Shown here piece by piece: positions 48,412-58,848 of a DNA stretch of 64,000 nt. The notes beneath the pieces were generated by a model, which worked only from the letters and a program-made list of their open reading frames with translations, did not search any database and was not told the origin of the DNA. Each line of letters opens with the position of its first letter. The stretch's first letter is position 1. The position numbers and the translations under genes were made by a program. The stretch spans positions 63,070 through 127,069 of the forward strand of contig JABSRT010000009.1 in the NCBI GenBank assembly GCA_013214945.1, given 5' to 3'. This DNA is from Gammaproteobacteria bacterium (GTDB lineage: Bacteria > Pseudomonadota > Gammaproteobacteria > Enterobacterales > Psychrobiaceae).

Positions 48412-49467
48412 ATGAATAAACTCAAGCGATTCGGCGCAGCACTCGCGCTTTGCACAGCAGTAAGCCCTACTATAGCGGAACAGTTTACCGCAGTATCGTT
48501 CGGTGGTGCCTATGGCGCTGCTCAACAAAAGCATATGCTAGATCCTTACATGAAAAAAACCGGCCATAAGATCTTATTTGAGAACTACTCAGGTGGTATT
48601 GCCGAAATTAAAGCGCAAGTCGAAAGTGGTAACATTCTTTGGGATGTAGTTGATATTGAAGTTATTGATCTTGAACGGGCTTGTTCTGAAGGCCTATTAG
48701 AAATTTTCCCGCATGATACCTTACCGGCCGGTGATGACGGCGTAGCAGCGAATAAAGATTTTATTCCGGAAGCTTTATCAAATGAATGTGGGGTCGGCAA
48801 TATTATTTGGACCGTACTGTTCTCTTATAGCGACAAAACAATTAAAGGTGGTACGCCTGACTCGATTAATGACTTGTTCGATACCAAGACTTTCCCTGGC
48901 AAACGCGCCCTGCGAAAACGTCCACAGGTAAACATGGAATGGGCTTTATTAGCCGATGGTGTGCCTAAAGCGCAAGTGTATGAATTGCTTGCCACTAAAA
49001 AAGGTCAACAGCGCGCCTTTGCTAAATTAGACACAATTAAAGATCAAATAGTGTGGTTTGATAGCTGGTCGCAAGCACCGCAACTACTTAATGACGGTGG
49101 TGCAGTCATGGTGCAGTCGGCCAACGGCCGGATTTTCGATGCAATTCAAAGTGATAAAAAGCCGTTTAAAATGGTGTGGGATGCGCATGTTTATGATCTA
49201 GACGTTTGGGCTATTGTAAAGGGCAGTAAAAAGAAAGCATTAGCTGAAGATTTTATTCGTTATGCAACGAGCTCTCGTCCTGAAAGTGGCATGCAAGAAG
49301 TGGCTTATGGCCCAACTCGTAACTCTTCATATGCCTATGTCGACAAAGCAGTTATTCCTAAATTACCTTCTGCGCACCTTGATGAAGGTCTGCAAGCCAG
49401 CGGTGAATTTTGGGCCGATTATGGCGAGTCACTCGGTGAAAAGTTCAATGAATGGCTACTTAAATAA
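48412..49467 (+). CDS. PotD/PotF-family periplasmic solute-binding protein
   Basis: Signal peptide (..TIA/EQ), 351 aa, family-1 SBP sequence, operon position. Confidence 0.8.
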   Translation: MNKLKRFGAALALCTAVSPTIAEQFTAVSFGGAYGAAQQKHMLDPYMKKTGHKILFENYSGGIAEIKAQVESGNILWDVVDIEVIDLERACSEGLLEIFPHDTLPAGDDGVAANKDFIPEALSNECGVGNIIWTVLFSYSDKTIKGGTPDSINDLFDTKTFPGKRALRKRPQVNMEWALLADGVPKAQVYELLATKKGQQRAFAKLDTIKDQIVWFDSWSQAPQLLNDGGAVMVQSANGRIFDAIQSDKKPFKMVWDAHVYDLDVWAIVKGSKKKALAEDFIRYATSSRPESGMQEVAYGPTRNSSYAYVDKAVIPKLPSAHLDEGLQASGEFWADYGESLGEKFNEWLLK

Positions 49468-49500
49468 CCTGAGTAGCGGATAAGCTAGTTTGGTTTTTAA

Positions 49501-50868
49501 ATGATTGATTCAGTCCGATCATATCGGCTGAATCAATTGACCAATAGCATCACCAGAGATAAGGCAGTTCCTATGCAACAAACCGTTTTAAATTCCGAGT
49601 CGACATCAGAAAGTAATGTTAACTCAGCTTCTTTATCAGAGCTATCAGCGACGGAAATAATTCAAAGCCGTAAAATTATTCGTCGTCGAAAATTGGTTGC
49701 TTTTGCATTTGCTGCCCCGTTAATAATTTTTGTTATCGTGTCTTTTCTCGCTCCGATTGGCACCATGCTCTACCGCAGTGTATATCACCCAACCGTAGCC
49801 CAATTAGTCCCAGCAACATTAACCGCCTTGGAAGATTGGGATGCAACTAAAAATAACTTACCCGACGATCGGATAATTAATATATTTGCTGTTGAATTAA
49901 AAAAACTGGCACACGCTCGCCGATCTGGCAAATTGGCAGAAGAGATCAATCGCTCACTGCCCGGCAGCTCCAGTGTCATAAAATCAACCGCACGTAAACT
50001 AAAGAAAATAGATGAAGCGCAGTTACAGCAAACTGGCGCAGCCAAATTATTTAGCTTAAAACCGCAATGGCACAACGTAGAAATATGGCGAGTGATCAAA
50101 AAATCTGGCGCTGTTTTCACTACCAGTTTTTATCTGACTGCGCTCGATTTGATGCACAATGCCAAAGATGAAGTGGTTGCTCGAGATACTCAAATCTACG
50201 TCAAACTCTATCTGAAAAGTCTAAAAATTGCGTTATTGATTACCTTGCTGACCGTAGTGATTGGTTTTCCTTTGTCGTACTATTTAGCGACAGCCCCGAC
50301 CAAAACAGCCAATATTTTGATGGTGTTTGTATTACTGCCCTTTTGGACCTCATTGTTGGTCCGCACCACTTCGTGGATTGCCTTGCTGCAAACCAATGGC
50401 GTGGTCAATAGTGTATTGCAAACGCTTAATATAATTACCGAGCCGTTAGATATGCTGTACACCCAATTTTCAACGGTTATCGCGATGACGCACATCTTAC
50501 TGCCTTTTATGATTTTACCGCTATACAGCGTGATGAAAGGCATAGACCCAACCTATTTACGCGCCGCGATGTCATTAGGTGCTAAACCTATTCCCGCTTT
50601 TATTCGTATTTATCTGCCTATGACCTTGCCAGGGATCAGCGCTGGTGCCTTGTTAGTCTTTATTGTTTCAATCGGCTATTACATCACGCCAGCCTTGGTT
50701 GGTGGCACCGATGGTCAAATGATTAGTAACATCATCGCGTTCCATATGCAGTCATCGAATAACTGGGAATTAGCGGCCGCGTTAGGTTCATTATTGCTCG
50801 GCGCTATTTTATTGTTGTATTGGATGTACGATCGCTTGGTCGGTGTTAGTAACATCAAGCTTGGTTAA
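49501..50868 (+). CDS. PotB-like ABC permease with a large (about 160 aa) loop between TM1 and TM2
   Basis: BPD permease core with EAA-like motif (YLRAAMSLGAKPIPAFIRIYLP). The start is ambiguous (49501 or ATG 49573). Confidence 0.8.
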   Translation: MIDSVRSYRLNQLTNSITRDKAVPMQQTVLNSESTSESNVNSASLSELSATEIIQSRKIIRRRKLVAFAFAAPLIIFVIVSFLAPIGTMLYRSVYHPTVAQLVPATLTALEDWDATKNNLPDDRIINIFAVELKKLAHARRSGKLAEEINRSLPGSSSVIKSTARKLKKIDEAQLQQTGAAKLFSLKPQWHNVEIWRVIKKSGAVFTTSFYLTALDLMHNAKDEVVARDTQIYVKLYLKSLKIALLITLLTVVIGFPLSYYLATAPTKTANILMVFVLLPFWTSLLVRTTSWIALLQTNGVVNSVLQTLNIITEPLDMLYTQFSTVIAMTHILLPFMILPLYSVMKGIDPTYLRAAMSLGAKPIPAFIRIYLPMTLPGISAGALLVFIVSIGYYITPALVGGTDGQMISNIIAFHMQSSNNWELAAALGSLLLGAILLLYWMYDRLVGVSNIKLG

Positions 50869-50937
50869 GCAGGTGAGCTGCTGATTTTTAATGATTTTGA
50901 TTAATCCTATGTGGTTTAATGCCACTGGAGTGCAACC

Positions 50938-51786
50938 ATGAAATTTCCAAACTATTATACTTTGCCACAAAAAATTGGCATGCATGGACTCAGACTAACC
51001 GCGTGGTTGGTATTGGCCTTTTTGATGGTGCCTATTTTGGTGATTGTGCCACTGTCTTTTAATGTCGAACCTTACTTTTCATTCACCCCTGGCATGATGG
51101 CATTAGATCCCGAAGCTTACTCGCTGAAATGGTATAGCGAATTTATGACCGATGATAAGTGGCAATTAGCCATTAGAAATAGCTTTTTCATTGGCCTTTG
51201 CGCCACAATAATCGCCACAGTTCTAGGCACCCTTGCTGCCATAGGGCTGTCAAACCCAGTAATGCCATTTCAACGCTTGATCATGGCGATGTTACTATCA
51301 CCAATGATTGTTCCGCTGATCATAACCGCAGCTGGCATGTATTTCTTTTACACCAAACTAGGGCTGTCTGGCAGCTACTTAGGGGTCATTTTTGCCCATG
51401 CAGCACTGGGTACTCCCTTTGTCATTATTACCGTTAATGCTGCTTTGGCCGGGTTTGATTTCTCGTTAATGCGGGCTTCAATGGGGCTTGGCGCGACTCC
51501 AACCTATACCTTTTTCAAAATAATTATGCCGCTAATTCGCCCCGGTGTTATATCTGGTGCGTTATTTGCGTTTGTTACTTCATTTGACGAGGTCGTTGTC
51601 ATTTTATTTCTTGCGGGTCCCGAGCAACGAACCATTCCCAGAGAAATGTTTTCAGGTTTGCGCGAACAAATCAGCCCCACTATTCTCGCTGTGGCAGTGT
51701 TGTTGGTCACGTTGTCGGCAATGATGTTATTTACCCTTGAATATTTACGCGCTCGCGGCGAACGCATTCGCACCGGCAGTTATTAA
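50938..51786 (+). CDS. PotC-like ABC permease
   Basis: 6 TM, EAA-like motif (LMRASMGLGATPTYTFFKIIMP). Confidence 0.85.
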   Translation: MKFPNYYTLPQKIGMHGLRLTAWLVLAFLMVPILVIVPLSFNVEPYFSFTPGMMALDPEAYSLKWYSEFMTDDKWQLAIRNSFFIGLCATIIATVLGTLAAIGLSNPVMPFQRLIMAMLLSPMIVPLIITAAGMYFFYTKLGLSGSYLGVIFAHAALGTPFVIITVNAALAGFDFSLMRASMGLGATPTYTFFKIIMPLIRPGVISGALFAFVTSFDEVVVILFLAGPEQRTIPREMFSGLREQISPTILAVAVLLVTLSAMMLFTLEYLRARGERIRTGSY

Positions 51787-51818
51787 ATGAATGATAATGC
51801 CTATTTCTAAAATCTACT

Positions 51819-51854
51819 CAAAAAAAGCCGAGCAATCACTTTGCTCGGCTTTTT
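51819..51854. terminator. Bidirectional Rho-independent terminator (AGCCGAGCA-loop-TGCTCGGCT flanked by A7 and T5)
   Basis: Read directly; lies between the convergent ABC operon and the PEP-CTERM-like gene. Confidence 0.8.
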
Positions 51855-51874
51855 GGTATTAATAAGTTGAAGAT

Positions 51875-52981
51875 CTAACTTTGTCGGCGAAAAAATGAAA
51901 TTAAGATTGTGCTTAAAAACATCAGTATCCACAGCGATTTTGGCTCAGATACCTCGACTGTTGGCGGAATGTCCCTCTCTGTTGTGACAATAAACATTTG
52001 CTCGAAGCCATTGTTGATATTTTTACCAAAACCGTCAATTAAACCGTTACAAATTTCATCATCAGCGCCACCACCAAATAAACTCACATCACAACCCAAT
52101 CTAAGATCAATATTTAGCGTGTAATCATCAAGCTCTGCATTGGTCAGTGAACCAAACAGCCCGAATAATTGATCATTGAGTTCAGGAAACAACACTGCAT
52201 AAGCAACATGATCGGCGCCAAGGTTATGGTTAATAGGCCCCTCATCTTCATTGCCATCGCAAGAAACCGGGATCGGTAGTGAAGGATTGGTGGTGGTATC
52301 TAGACAAATAGGTCCGCCCGACAGTACATAATCGGTATCGGCATTGGTATTGCCATTAGGACCTGAACCGTCTGAAGTATAACTTGTAACATCACCTAAA
52401 AATGTCCCGCCGCCTCCTTCCGATACCAGACCATACTTACTATTGTTATTAGTAAAATCATAAATACCAACAATGCTATCTGTATCATCGGTTATGGTAA
52501 CTTGAGCCCATGCGGCTAAACTTTGTTCATTGGCACCGTTTAAGTTATTATTATTAAACATAAAGACCATGTCATCACCGTTAAGGAATGACATCAATGC
52601 CGCTAAAGATGAATCCCAGGTGTCGGCCTTATCGCCACTAAAACTGCTAATTTCATCAGCGTCGGTCTCGGTCCCAGTGCTAAAGAAATTACCACCAGAA
52701 TTACCAGATGGCGTGCTATAAGCATTATCCATGCCAATAAAGTTGGTATTAACTGGCGTCCCTGATGAGCCAGTTGCGACGACAATAAAATCGGATATTT
52801 GACCAGGCGTTGACGAAATATTATAAGCGGAATCGCCAGTTTGAATTTCAGCTATCGGCATCGAATATGATTGTGCATCACCGTATTGGACAAAACCAAC
52901 CCCATCAAGATCGATTACCGCTGCTTGGGCTAACCCGACAGAAGTCGTTAACATCAGGAGCGCAAAATTAGAACGTTTCAT
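51875..52981 (-). CDS. Secreted protein with PEP-CTERM-like C-terminal sorting signal (VSEP + TM + RRQS)
   Basis: Signal peptide (..GLAQA/AV), a Gly/Asn/Asp/Thr-rich body with 6 Cys, and the C-terminus EVSEPKSLWILMFLSTILISFFRRQS. Confidence 0.6.
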   Translation of the reverse strand: MKRSNFALLMLTTSVGLAQAAVIDLDGVGFVQYGDAQSYSMPIAEIQTGDSAYNISSTPGQISDFIVVATGSSGTPVNTNFIGMDNAYSTPSGNSGGNFFSTGTETDADEISSFSGDKADTWDSSLAALMSFLNGDDMVFMFNNNNLNGANEQSLAAWAQVTITDDTDSIVGIYDFTNNNSKYGLVSEGGGGTFLGDVTSYTSDGSGPNGNTNADTDYVLSGGPICLDTTTNPSLPIPVSCDGNEDEGPINHNLGADHVAYAVLFPELNDQLFGLFGSLTNAELDDYTLNIDLRLGCDVSLFGGGADDEICNGLIDGFGKNINNGFEQMFIVTTERDIPPTVEVSEPKSLWILMFLSTILISFFRRQS

Positions 52982-53362
52982 TAATTTCCCCTTAAATAAT
53001 CTCTTATATGTTCTAGAGGGAATAATGCATAAATTAAACCATTATTATTAGTTAATCAATTTCAATTAATTACAAAGGTTGAAAAAAAATAAATTTAAAA
53101 ATGTAAATTTTTCTGACATTTTTTTATTTTTAACAACGCTAAAAAATTGGATCTAGAGGGGAATAAACTAGGCCAGTTACCGTTACGCCTTCACAACGGC
53201 AGTGATTATAAAATCGTATTTAGCTAGCAAGTAATTGATAGCTAAATTATCAATTACTATTTAGCTCATTACTCTGTGCAAGCTAGTTCACAATTACACT
53301 GCCAAACCCGTACTAAACTAGCCTTGTGGCGCCAGATTGGCTATAATTCGGCCCCCGCAATA

Positions 53363-55723
53363 ATGAAGACACCACAAATAATGCTTAAGACTACCGCCAA
53401 ACCTATCAACGATTATCCAATGTACTGGGCCGAATGTTTTGGCACAGCACCTTTTTTACCTACAACACGTCAGGAAATGGATGCTTTGGGTTGGGATAGC
53501 TGCGATATCATTATTGTTTCTGGTGATGCCTATGTTGATCACCCGAGTTTTGGCATGGCGGTTATCGGTCGGGTATTAGAAGCCCAAGGTTACCGCGTTG
53601 GCATTATTGCGCAGCCAGCATGGGACAGTAAAGATGCCTTTATGGCATTGGGCCAGCCTAATTTATTTTTTGGTGTGACCGCTGGCAACATGGATTCGAT
53701 GATCAACCGTTATACGGCCGATCGTAAGCTGCGTCATGACGATGCTTATACCCCGAACAATGAAGGTGGTAAGCGCCCAGATCGCGCAGTACTTATTTAT
53801 TCTCAGCGTTGTCGCGAAGCCTACAAAGAAACCCCGATTATTATTGGCGGCATTGAAGCGAGTTTACGCCGTTTAGCGCATTATGATTATTGGTCAGACA
53901 AAATTCGTCGCTCAGTGCTGCTCGATGCCAAAGCCGACATTTTACTGTTTGGCAATGCTGAGCGGGCATTAATAGAATTTGCTTTTCGGGTTGCTAACGG
54001 CGAGCCAATCGAAGAAATTACCGACATTGCTGGCACCGCCGTGATGCGTAAAACATTGCCAGAAGGTTTCACCGAGATAGATTCCACTCGGATTGAAAAA
54101 CCTAATCCGGCGATGGTTCGCAAGATGCTCAACCCTTATCAAACCGATGATAGTTGTAAAAATGACAGCGAAAAAGCCACTGAAAAAGCGGCAGCCCAAG
54201 CGCAAGTTGTTACGGTTCGCCCGGCAAAACGCGATACGAAAACCACCGCGGTTCGTTTGCCGTCATTTGAAAAATTAAAAAGTGACAAGGTATTATACGC
54301 CCATGCGGCGCGTATTATGCACCTTGAAACTAACCCCTACTCAGCACGCGCATTAATTCAAAAACATGGCGACCGTGAGTTGTGGGTTAATACTCCGCCT
54401 ATTCCATTAACAACCGATGAAATGGATTTTGTGTTTGGCTTGCCATACGCCCGAGTACCGCACCCAAGTTATGGCAAGGCAAAGATTCCCGCTTATGACA
54501 TGATAAAAACCTCGGTAAATATCATGCGTGGTTGTTTTGGTGGCTGTTCGTTCTGTTCGATTACTGAACATGAAGGCCGGATTATTCAAAATCGCTCGAA
54601 GGCTTCAATCTTGCGCGAACTGGGCGAAATTCGCGACAAAGTACCGGGCTTTACTGGTACTATTTCAGATCTTGGTGGCCCAACCGCTAATATGTACCGC
54701 TTAGGTTGTTCTGATCCTAAAGCTGAAATTAATTGTCGTCATCCATCGTGTGTTTTTCCAAAAATATGTAGCAAGTTAAATACCGATCACCAGCACACCA
54801 TTGATTTATATCGTGAAGCACGTAAGGTTCCGGGCATCAAGAAAATTTTGATCGCCTCGGGTGTTCGCTATGATCTCGCGGTTGAGTCGCCTGAATACGT
54901 TAAAGAATTAGTGACCCACCATGTCGGTGGTTATTTAAAAATTGCGCCTGAGCACACCCAAAAAGGTACGCTCGATCTCATGATGAAGCCGGGCATGGGT
55001 GCTTATGATGAATTTAAAGACATGTTCTATAAATTCAGTGCAGAAGCAGGTAAAAAACAGTACATGATCCCGTACTTCATCTCGGCTCACCCCGGCAGCA
55101 CCGATGAGGACATGTTAAACCTTGCTTTGTGGCTTAAGAGCAACGAATTTGAATGTGATCAAGTTCAGAACTTTTATCCTTCGCCAATGTGTAATGCTAC
55201 CGCGATGTACCATTCTGAAACGAACCCGTTAAAGCGAGTTAAGTACAAGAAAAAAGGTGAAGAGTTGTTTGTCGCCAAAGGTGAACGTCAACGTCGCTTG
55301 CATAAAGCATTTTTACGCTACCACGATCCAGCAAACTGGCAGATGATCCGCCAAGCACTGACTCGCATGGGCATGAAATACTTAATCGGGACCAAAACTC
55401 ACTGTTTGGTGCCAAGCGAATTTGAAGAAGAACGTGTTGCCGCCACGATGCGCGTCCGTGAATCGAGTCGTCATGGCAATAAACGCTTTGCGACTAAGCA
55501 CCCGAAACAGCCAGATATTCGAAAAGACAAACCGGTATTTGCCAGAAATAAGCCCAAATATAGCAGCGATCAGGCCGCGGGCAATAACACACCTAAACTT
55601 GAGCAAAGACCTAAGCCAACAGCTAAGCCTAAGTCTAAAGTGACGACTAAAGCTAGCCCGAAAAACAAAGCGCGCAGCAAGTCTAAACTGCCAGCGTTAG
55701 GCGCCCGTGTCGACCGGGTTTAA
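53363..55723 (+). CDS. ygiQ: YgiQ-family (UPF0313) radical SAM protein with Lys-rich C-terminal tail
   Basis: [44 protein letters not shown] aligns with the E. coli YgiQ N-terminus. CFGGCSFCS radical-SAM cluster motif. ATG 53363 is preferred over the 29-codon longer ORF. Confidence 0.9.
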   Translation: MKTPQIMLKTTAKPINDYPMYWAECFGTAPFLPTTRQEMDALGWDSCDIIIVSGDAYVDHPSFGMAVIGRVLEAQGYRVGIIAQPAWDSKDAFMALGQPNLFFGVTAGNMDSMINRYTADRKLRHDDAYTPNNEGGKRPDRAVLIYSQRCREAYKETPIIIGGIEASLRRLAHYDYWSDKIRRSVLLDAKADILLFGNAERALIEFAFRVANGEPIEEITDIAGTAVMRKTLPEGFTEIDSTRIEKPNPAMVRKMLNPYQTDDSCKNDSEKATEKAAAQAQVVTVRPAKRDTKTTAVRLPSFEKLKSDKVLYAHAARIMHLETNPYSARALIQKHGDRELWVNTPPIPLTTDEMDFVFGLPYARVPHPSYGKAKIPAYDMIKTSVNIMRGCFGGCSFCSITEHEGRIIQNRSKASILRELGEIRDKVPGFTGTISDLGGPTANMYRLGCSDPKAEINCRHPSCVFPKICSKLNTDHQHTIDLYREARKVPGIKKILIASGVRYDLAVESPEYVKELVTHHVGGYLKIAPEHTQKGTLDLMMKPGMGAYDEFKDMFYKFSAEAGKKQYMIPYFISAHPGSTDEDMLNLALWLKSNEFECDQVQNFYPSPMCNATAMYHSETNPLKRVKYKKKGEELFVAKGERQRRLHKAFLRYHDPANWQMIRQALTRMGMKYLIGTKTHCLVPSEFEEERVAATMRVRESSRHGNKRFATKHPKQPDIRKDKPVFARNKPKYSSDQAAGNNTPKLEQRPKPTAKPKSKVTTKASPKNKARSKSKLPALGARVDRV

Positions 55724-55757
55724 TGGTTCGCTCGTTTGAGCTAACAATTAAGCGAAT

Positions 55758-55796
55758 AAAAAAGGGGGATAGTCATGTGACTATCCCCCTTTTTTC
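55758..55796. terminator. Bidirectional Rho-independent terminator (GGGGGATAGTCA/TGACTATCCCCC flanked by A6 and T6)
   Basis: Read directly; lies between the convergent ygiQ and proA genes. Confidence 0.85.
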
Positions 55797-55853
55797 TGTT
55801 CAGGATGTCGTACAGGCATGAATGCCAGAGCGACGATGTTGCCCGAATAACCG

Positions 55854-57110
55854 TTAAGAACGCACTAGATAATCGGCTTGGCCAATCCACTTATAGGTTG
55901 TCAGCTCTTTAAGACCCATAGGGCCACGGGCATGTAGCTTTTGCGTACTTACCGCAACCTCAGCGCCTAAACCGAACTGACTACCATCGGTAAAACGCGT
56001 GCTAGCATTAACATAAACCGCTGCCGAATTAACTTGATTAACAAAGCGATTAGCTTGGGCGATTGATTCAGTTAAAATACCATCGGAGTGCTGTGAACTG
56101 TGCTGGCGAATGTGACTTATCGCCCCTGCAATGTCGTCAACAATAGCGACAGACAAGGTTAGTGATAGCCACTCTTGGTCAAAGTCACCGACAACGGCCG
56201 CTTCTACAGATGCGCCGGCCGCACTTAAAATAGCGTAGGCGTCAGCATCGGCTTTAAATAATACTTGCGACTGTTTTAACTCTTGCGCTAACAAAGATAA
56301 TAATTGTGGCGCGACTGAACGCTCAACTAATACGACATCAAGCGCATTACACACTGAGGTACGCTGCGTTTTAGCGTTGTTAATCACTTTAACCGATTTC
56401 TCTAAATTTGCCGATGCTTCAACAAACAGATGACAAATACCTATGCCGCCAGTGATCACCGGAATGGTACTTTGCTCAAGACATAAACGGTGCAGGCCAG
56501 CACCACCACGCGGAATGATCATATCGACATAGCGATCCATTTTTAGCAGTTGTGTGACTAAGTCCCGATCTGGATTGTCGATGTACTGAATCGAGTGCGA
56601 TGGCAAATCAACACTTGTCAATGCTTGCTCAATCACCTTTAGCAAAGCGAGATTACTATTAATGGTTTCTTTACCACCACGCAAAATGGCGGCATTACCC
56701 GTTTTTAACGCTAAAGCTGCGATATCAATAGTAACATTAGGACGGGCTTCATAAATAACCCCTAAGACACCAATCGGCACTCGGCGTTTAGACAGACGTA
56801 AACCACTTTCTAATAATTTAGACTCGGTCTCTTCACCTACGGGATCGTCCAGCTGACACAAACGTAATACGTCATCGCTCATGCCTTTAAGTCGCTCAGG
56901 ATTAAGCAATAAACGGTCAATGATCGCTTCAGTTATTCCGGCTGCTCTGGCCTGACTAATATCAATTTCATTCGCGCTTAAAATAGCTGTTTGATGTTCT
57001 ATCAGCCCAGCGGATAATGCTGTTAGCAATGCATTTTTCTGACGGGTTGATGCCTGAGATAATTGGTAACTTGCTGTAAGAGCTTGTTCACCTAATAGAT
57101 TGATGTTCAT
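55854..57110 (-). CDS. proA: Gamma-glutamyl phosphate reductase
   Basis: ALDH-like fold, catalytic Cys region ([10 protein letters not shown]), 418 aa, downstream of proB. Confidence 0.95.
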   Translation of the reverse strand: MNINLLGEQALTASYQLSQASTRQKNALLTALSAGLIEHQTAILSANEIDISQARAAGITEAIIDRLLLNPERLKGMSDDVLRLCQLDDPVGEETESKLLESGLRLSKRRVPIGVLGVIYEARPNVTIDIAALALKTGNAAILRGGKETINSNLALLKVIEQALTSVDLPSHSIQYIDNPDRDLVTQLLKMDRYVDMIIPRGGAGLHRLCLEQSTIPVITGGIGICHLFVEASANLEKSVKVINNAKTQRTSVCNALDVVLVERSVAPQLLSLLAQELKQSQVLFKADADAYAILSAAGASVEAAVVGDFDQEWLSLTLSVAIVDDIAGAISHIRQHSSQHSDGILTESIAQANRFVNQVNSAAVYVNASTRFTDGSQFGLGAEVAVSTQKLHARGPMGLKELTTYKWIGQADYLVRS

Positions 57111-57131
57111 CTTGATTCCTATGTTAAAAAC

Positions 57132-58250
57132 TTAAAGCACAACTAAATTATTACGGTGGATCACGACCTTGCCATAACCATAACCTAAGGTTGATTCAAT
57201 TTCGTCCGAATGCAAGCCTTTGATTTGATGTAAATCATCACTGCTATAACGGGTTAGCCCTTTCGCAATTTGCATGCCCTGATTATCACAGAGCGTGATC
57301 ATATCGCCACGCGCAAACGAACCTTTGATCTGGCTAATGCCCTTAGGCAGTAAACTGCTGCCTTGCTTAATCACGGCCTTAACCGCGCCATCATCTAAGG
57401 TCATTTCCCCAACAGGCCCTGGCCCAGCGAGTAACCAACGTTTACGGCTTTCAAGGGGGTTATCGGTCGCACTAAATTTGGTACCAATCGCAACGCCAGC
57501 TGCTACTTCTAAAATTACATTTTGATGATGACCTGCGGCAATCACTACCACAGCACCACTGCGACGTGCAATTTCTGCCGCTTGAATCTTGGTTGCCATG
57601 CCGCCAGTACCTAAGGTTGTGCCGCTGCCTCCCGCCATTGCCCGTAATTTATCGTCAATCACATCAACATTAGTGATTAAAGTCGCATCGACATGAGTCC
57701 GTGGGTTGGCATTATATAAGCCGACTTGATCGGTTAATAACATCAATAAATCAGCATCGGCCAAACCAACCATTAACGCTGACAGGTTATCATTATCGCC
57801 AACTTTAATTTCGGTGGTCGCGACGGCATCGTTTTCATTGATGATTGGTATTATCTTGTGTTTAAGCAGGGTATCAAGCATATCTCGAGCATTAAGGTAG
57901 CGCTCACGATCGTCGAGGTCGGCCCGAGTTAACAGCATTTGGCCAACATGTAGGCCATAGATATTAAACAGATTTTCCCAGGTTTGAATTAATTGACTTT
58001 GACCAACCGCCGCCAACATTTGCTTTGTCGACATTTTGTCAGACAGCTGTGGAAAGCCCAATCGCTCACGTCCGGCAGCAATCGCTCCTGAGGTACATAA
58101 AATCACCTCACAACCCTGTCGATGTAACGTTGCCATTTGGCGAACCAGTTCAACCATATGGGCGCGATCAAGACTATTACCACCAGAAGTTAAAACACTG
58201 GTACCAAGTTTTACTACGATCCGTTTAAACATTGCTTGTTTTTTTTTCAT
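57132..58250 (-). CDS. proB: Glutamate 5-kinase
   Basis: [12 protein letters not shown]-terminus, AAK domain plus C-terminal PUA. The start is either ATG 58250 or ATG 58232. Confidence 0.95.
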   Translation of the reverse strand: MKKKQAMFKRIVVKLGTSVLTSGGNSLDRAHMVELVRQMATLHRQGCEVILCTSGAIAAGRERLGFPQLSDKMSTKQMLAAVGQSQLIQTWENLFNIYGLHVGQMLLTRADLDDRERYLNARDMLDTLLKHKIIPIINENDAVATTEIKVGDNDNLSALMVGLADADLLMLLTDQVGLYNANPRTHVDATLITNVDVIDDKLRAMAGGSGTTLGTGGMATKIQAAEIARRSGAVVVIAAGHHQNVILEVAAGVAIGTKFSATDNPLESRKRWLLAGPGPVGEMTLDDGAVKAVIKQGSSLLPKGISQIKGSFARGDMITLCDNQGMQIAKGLTRYSSDDLHQIKGLHSDEIESTLGYGYGKVVIHRNNLVVL

Positions 58251-58458
58251 ATTAAATACGATTTACATACGTTTTATATCTATACCCGTATTTATACCGT
58301 GTAACCACTAGTTACAGCAAGCTTAAACTACTAAATAGTGGTGATAATAGCGGCCAGATATCATCAGAGGTATTAACCGGGTCATGTCAACAGTCGCCAG
58401 AGCATACTAGCTGAGGTAAAAATGAGAGATAGTGAAAAGTCTTCACTTTATTAAGCGC

Positions 58459-58490
58459 AAAAAAAAGGTAACTCCTAATAAGGAGTTACC
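58459..58490 (-). terminator. Strong minus-strand Rho-independent terminator (GGTAACTCCT-TATT-AGGAGTTACC followed by T8)
   Basis: Read directly. It lies 360 bp downstream of the ispH stop and 210 bp upstream of the proB start. Confidence 0.75.
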
Positions 58491-58749
58491 AAAAAATGCA
58501 ACGTGGCTGGAAGTTAAAACGCTGCACAAAGTATATTGTTCAATACACATTCTTTAATACACTTTCTTCTATAGACTGTCTTCAATAGGCAGTGCTCAAT
58601 ATTCTTTGTGCAATATTCTTTGTGCAATATTTTAAGTAGCCAGCAACATTCAAACGACCGACTTAAACGAACGTTTGAATACTAACCAGTATATTACAAA
58701 AATGCAACAAAGTTTGAGCGATTATTACATTTCGTGAGCGCCAGACAGC

Positions 58750-58793
58750 AAAAAGCCCAATAACTATTCTCATAACAAGATGGTTATCGGGCT
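58750..58793 (-). terminator. Probable ispH operon terminator (AGCCCGATAAC...GTTATTGGGCT followed by T5)
   Basis: 11-bp stem with one mismatch and an 18-nt loop; lies 55 bp after the ispH stop. Confidence 0.55.
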
Positions 58794-58848
58794 TTAGGTC
58801 AAGCTAAGAACTACTGCGCGAACTTAGACTTAATTTATCTTAACGCAA

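Noticed and set aside
53276-53362. 29-codon N-terminal extension of ygiQ (GTG 53276)
   Set aside because: The extension spans a TATAAT promoter-like hexamer (53342-53347) and has no counterpart in YgiQ homologues, so ATG 53363 (or 53381) is preferred.
58467-58588. Plus-strand mini-gene: AAGGAG inside the hairpin 3' arm, then ATG 58496 opening a 30-codon ORF (MQRGWKLKRCTKYIVQYTFFNTLSSIDCLQ)
   Set aside because: The apparent SD is simply the complementary arm of a minus-strand terminator (T8 tail on the minus strand). It has no plus-strand promoter or terminator, and the peptide has no features.
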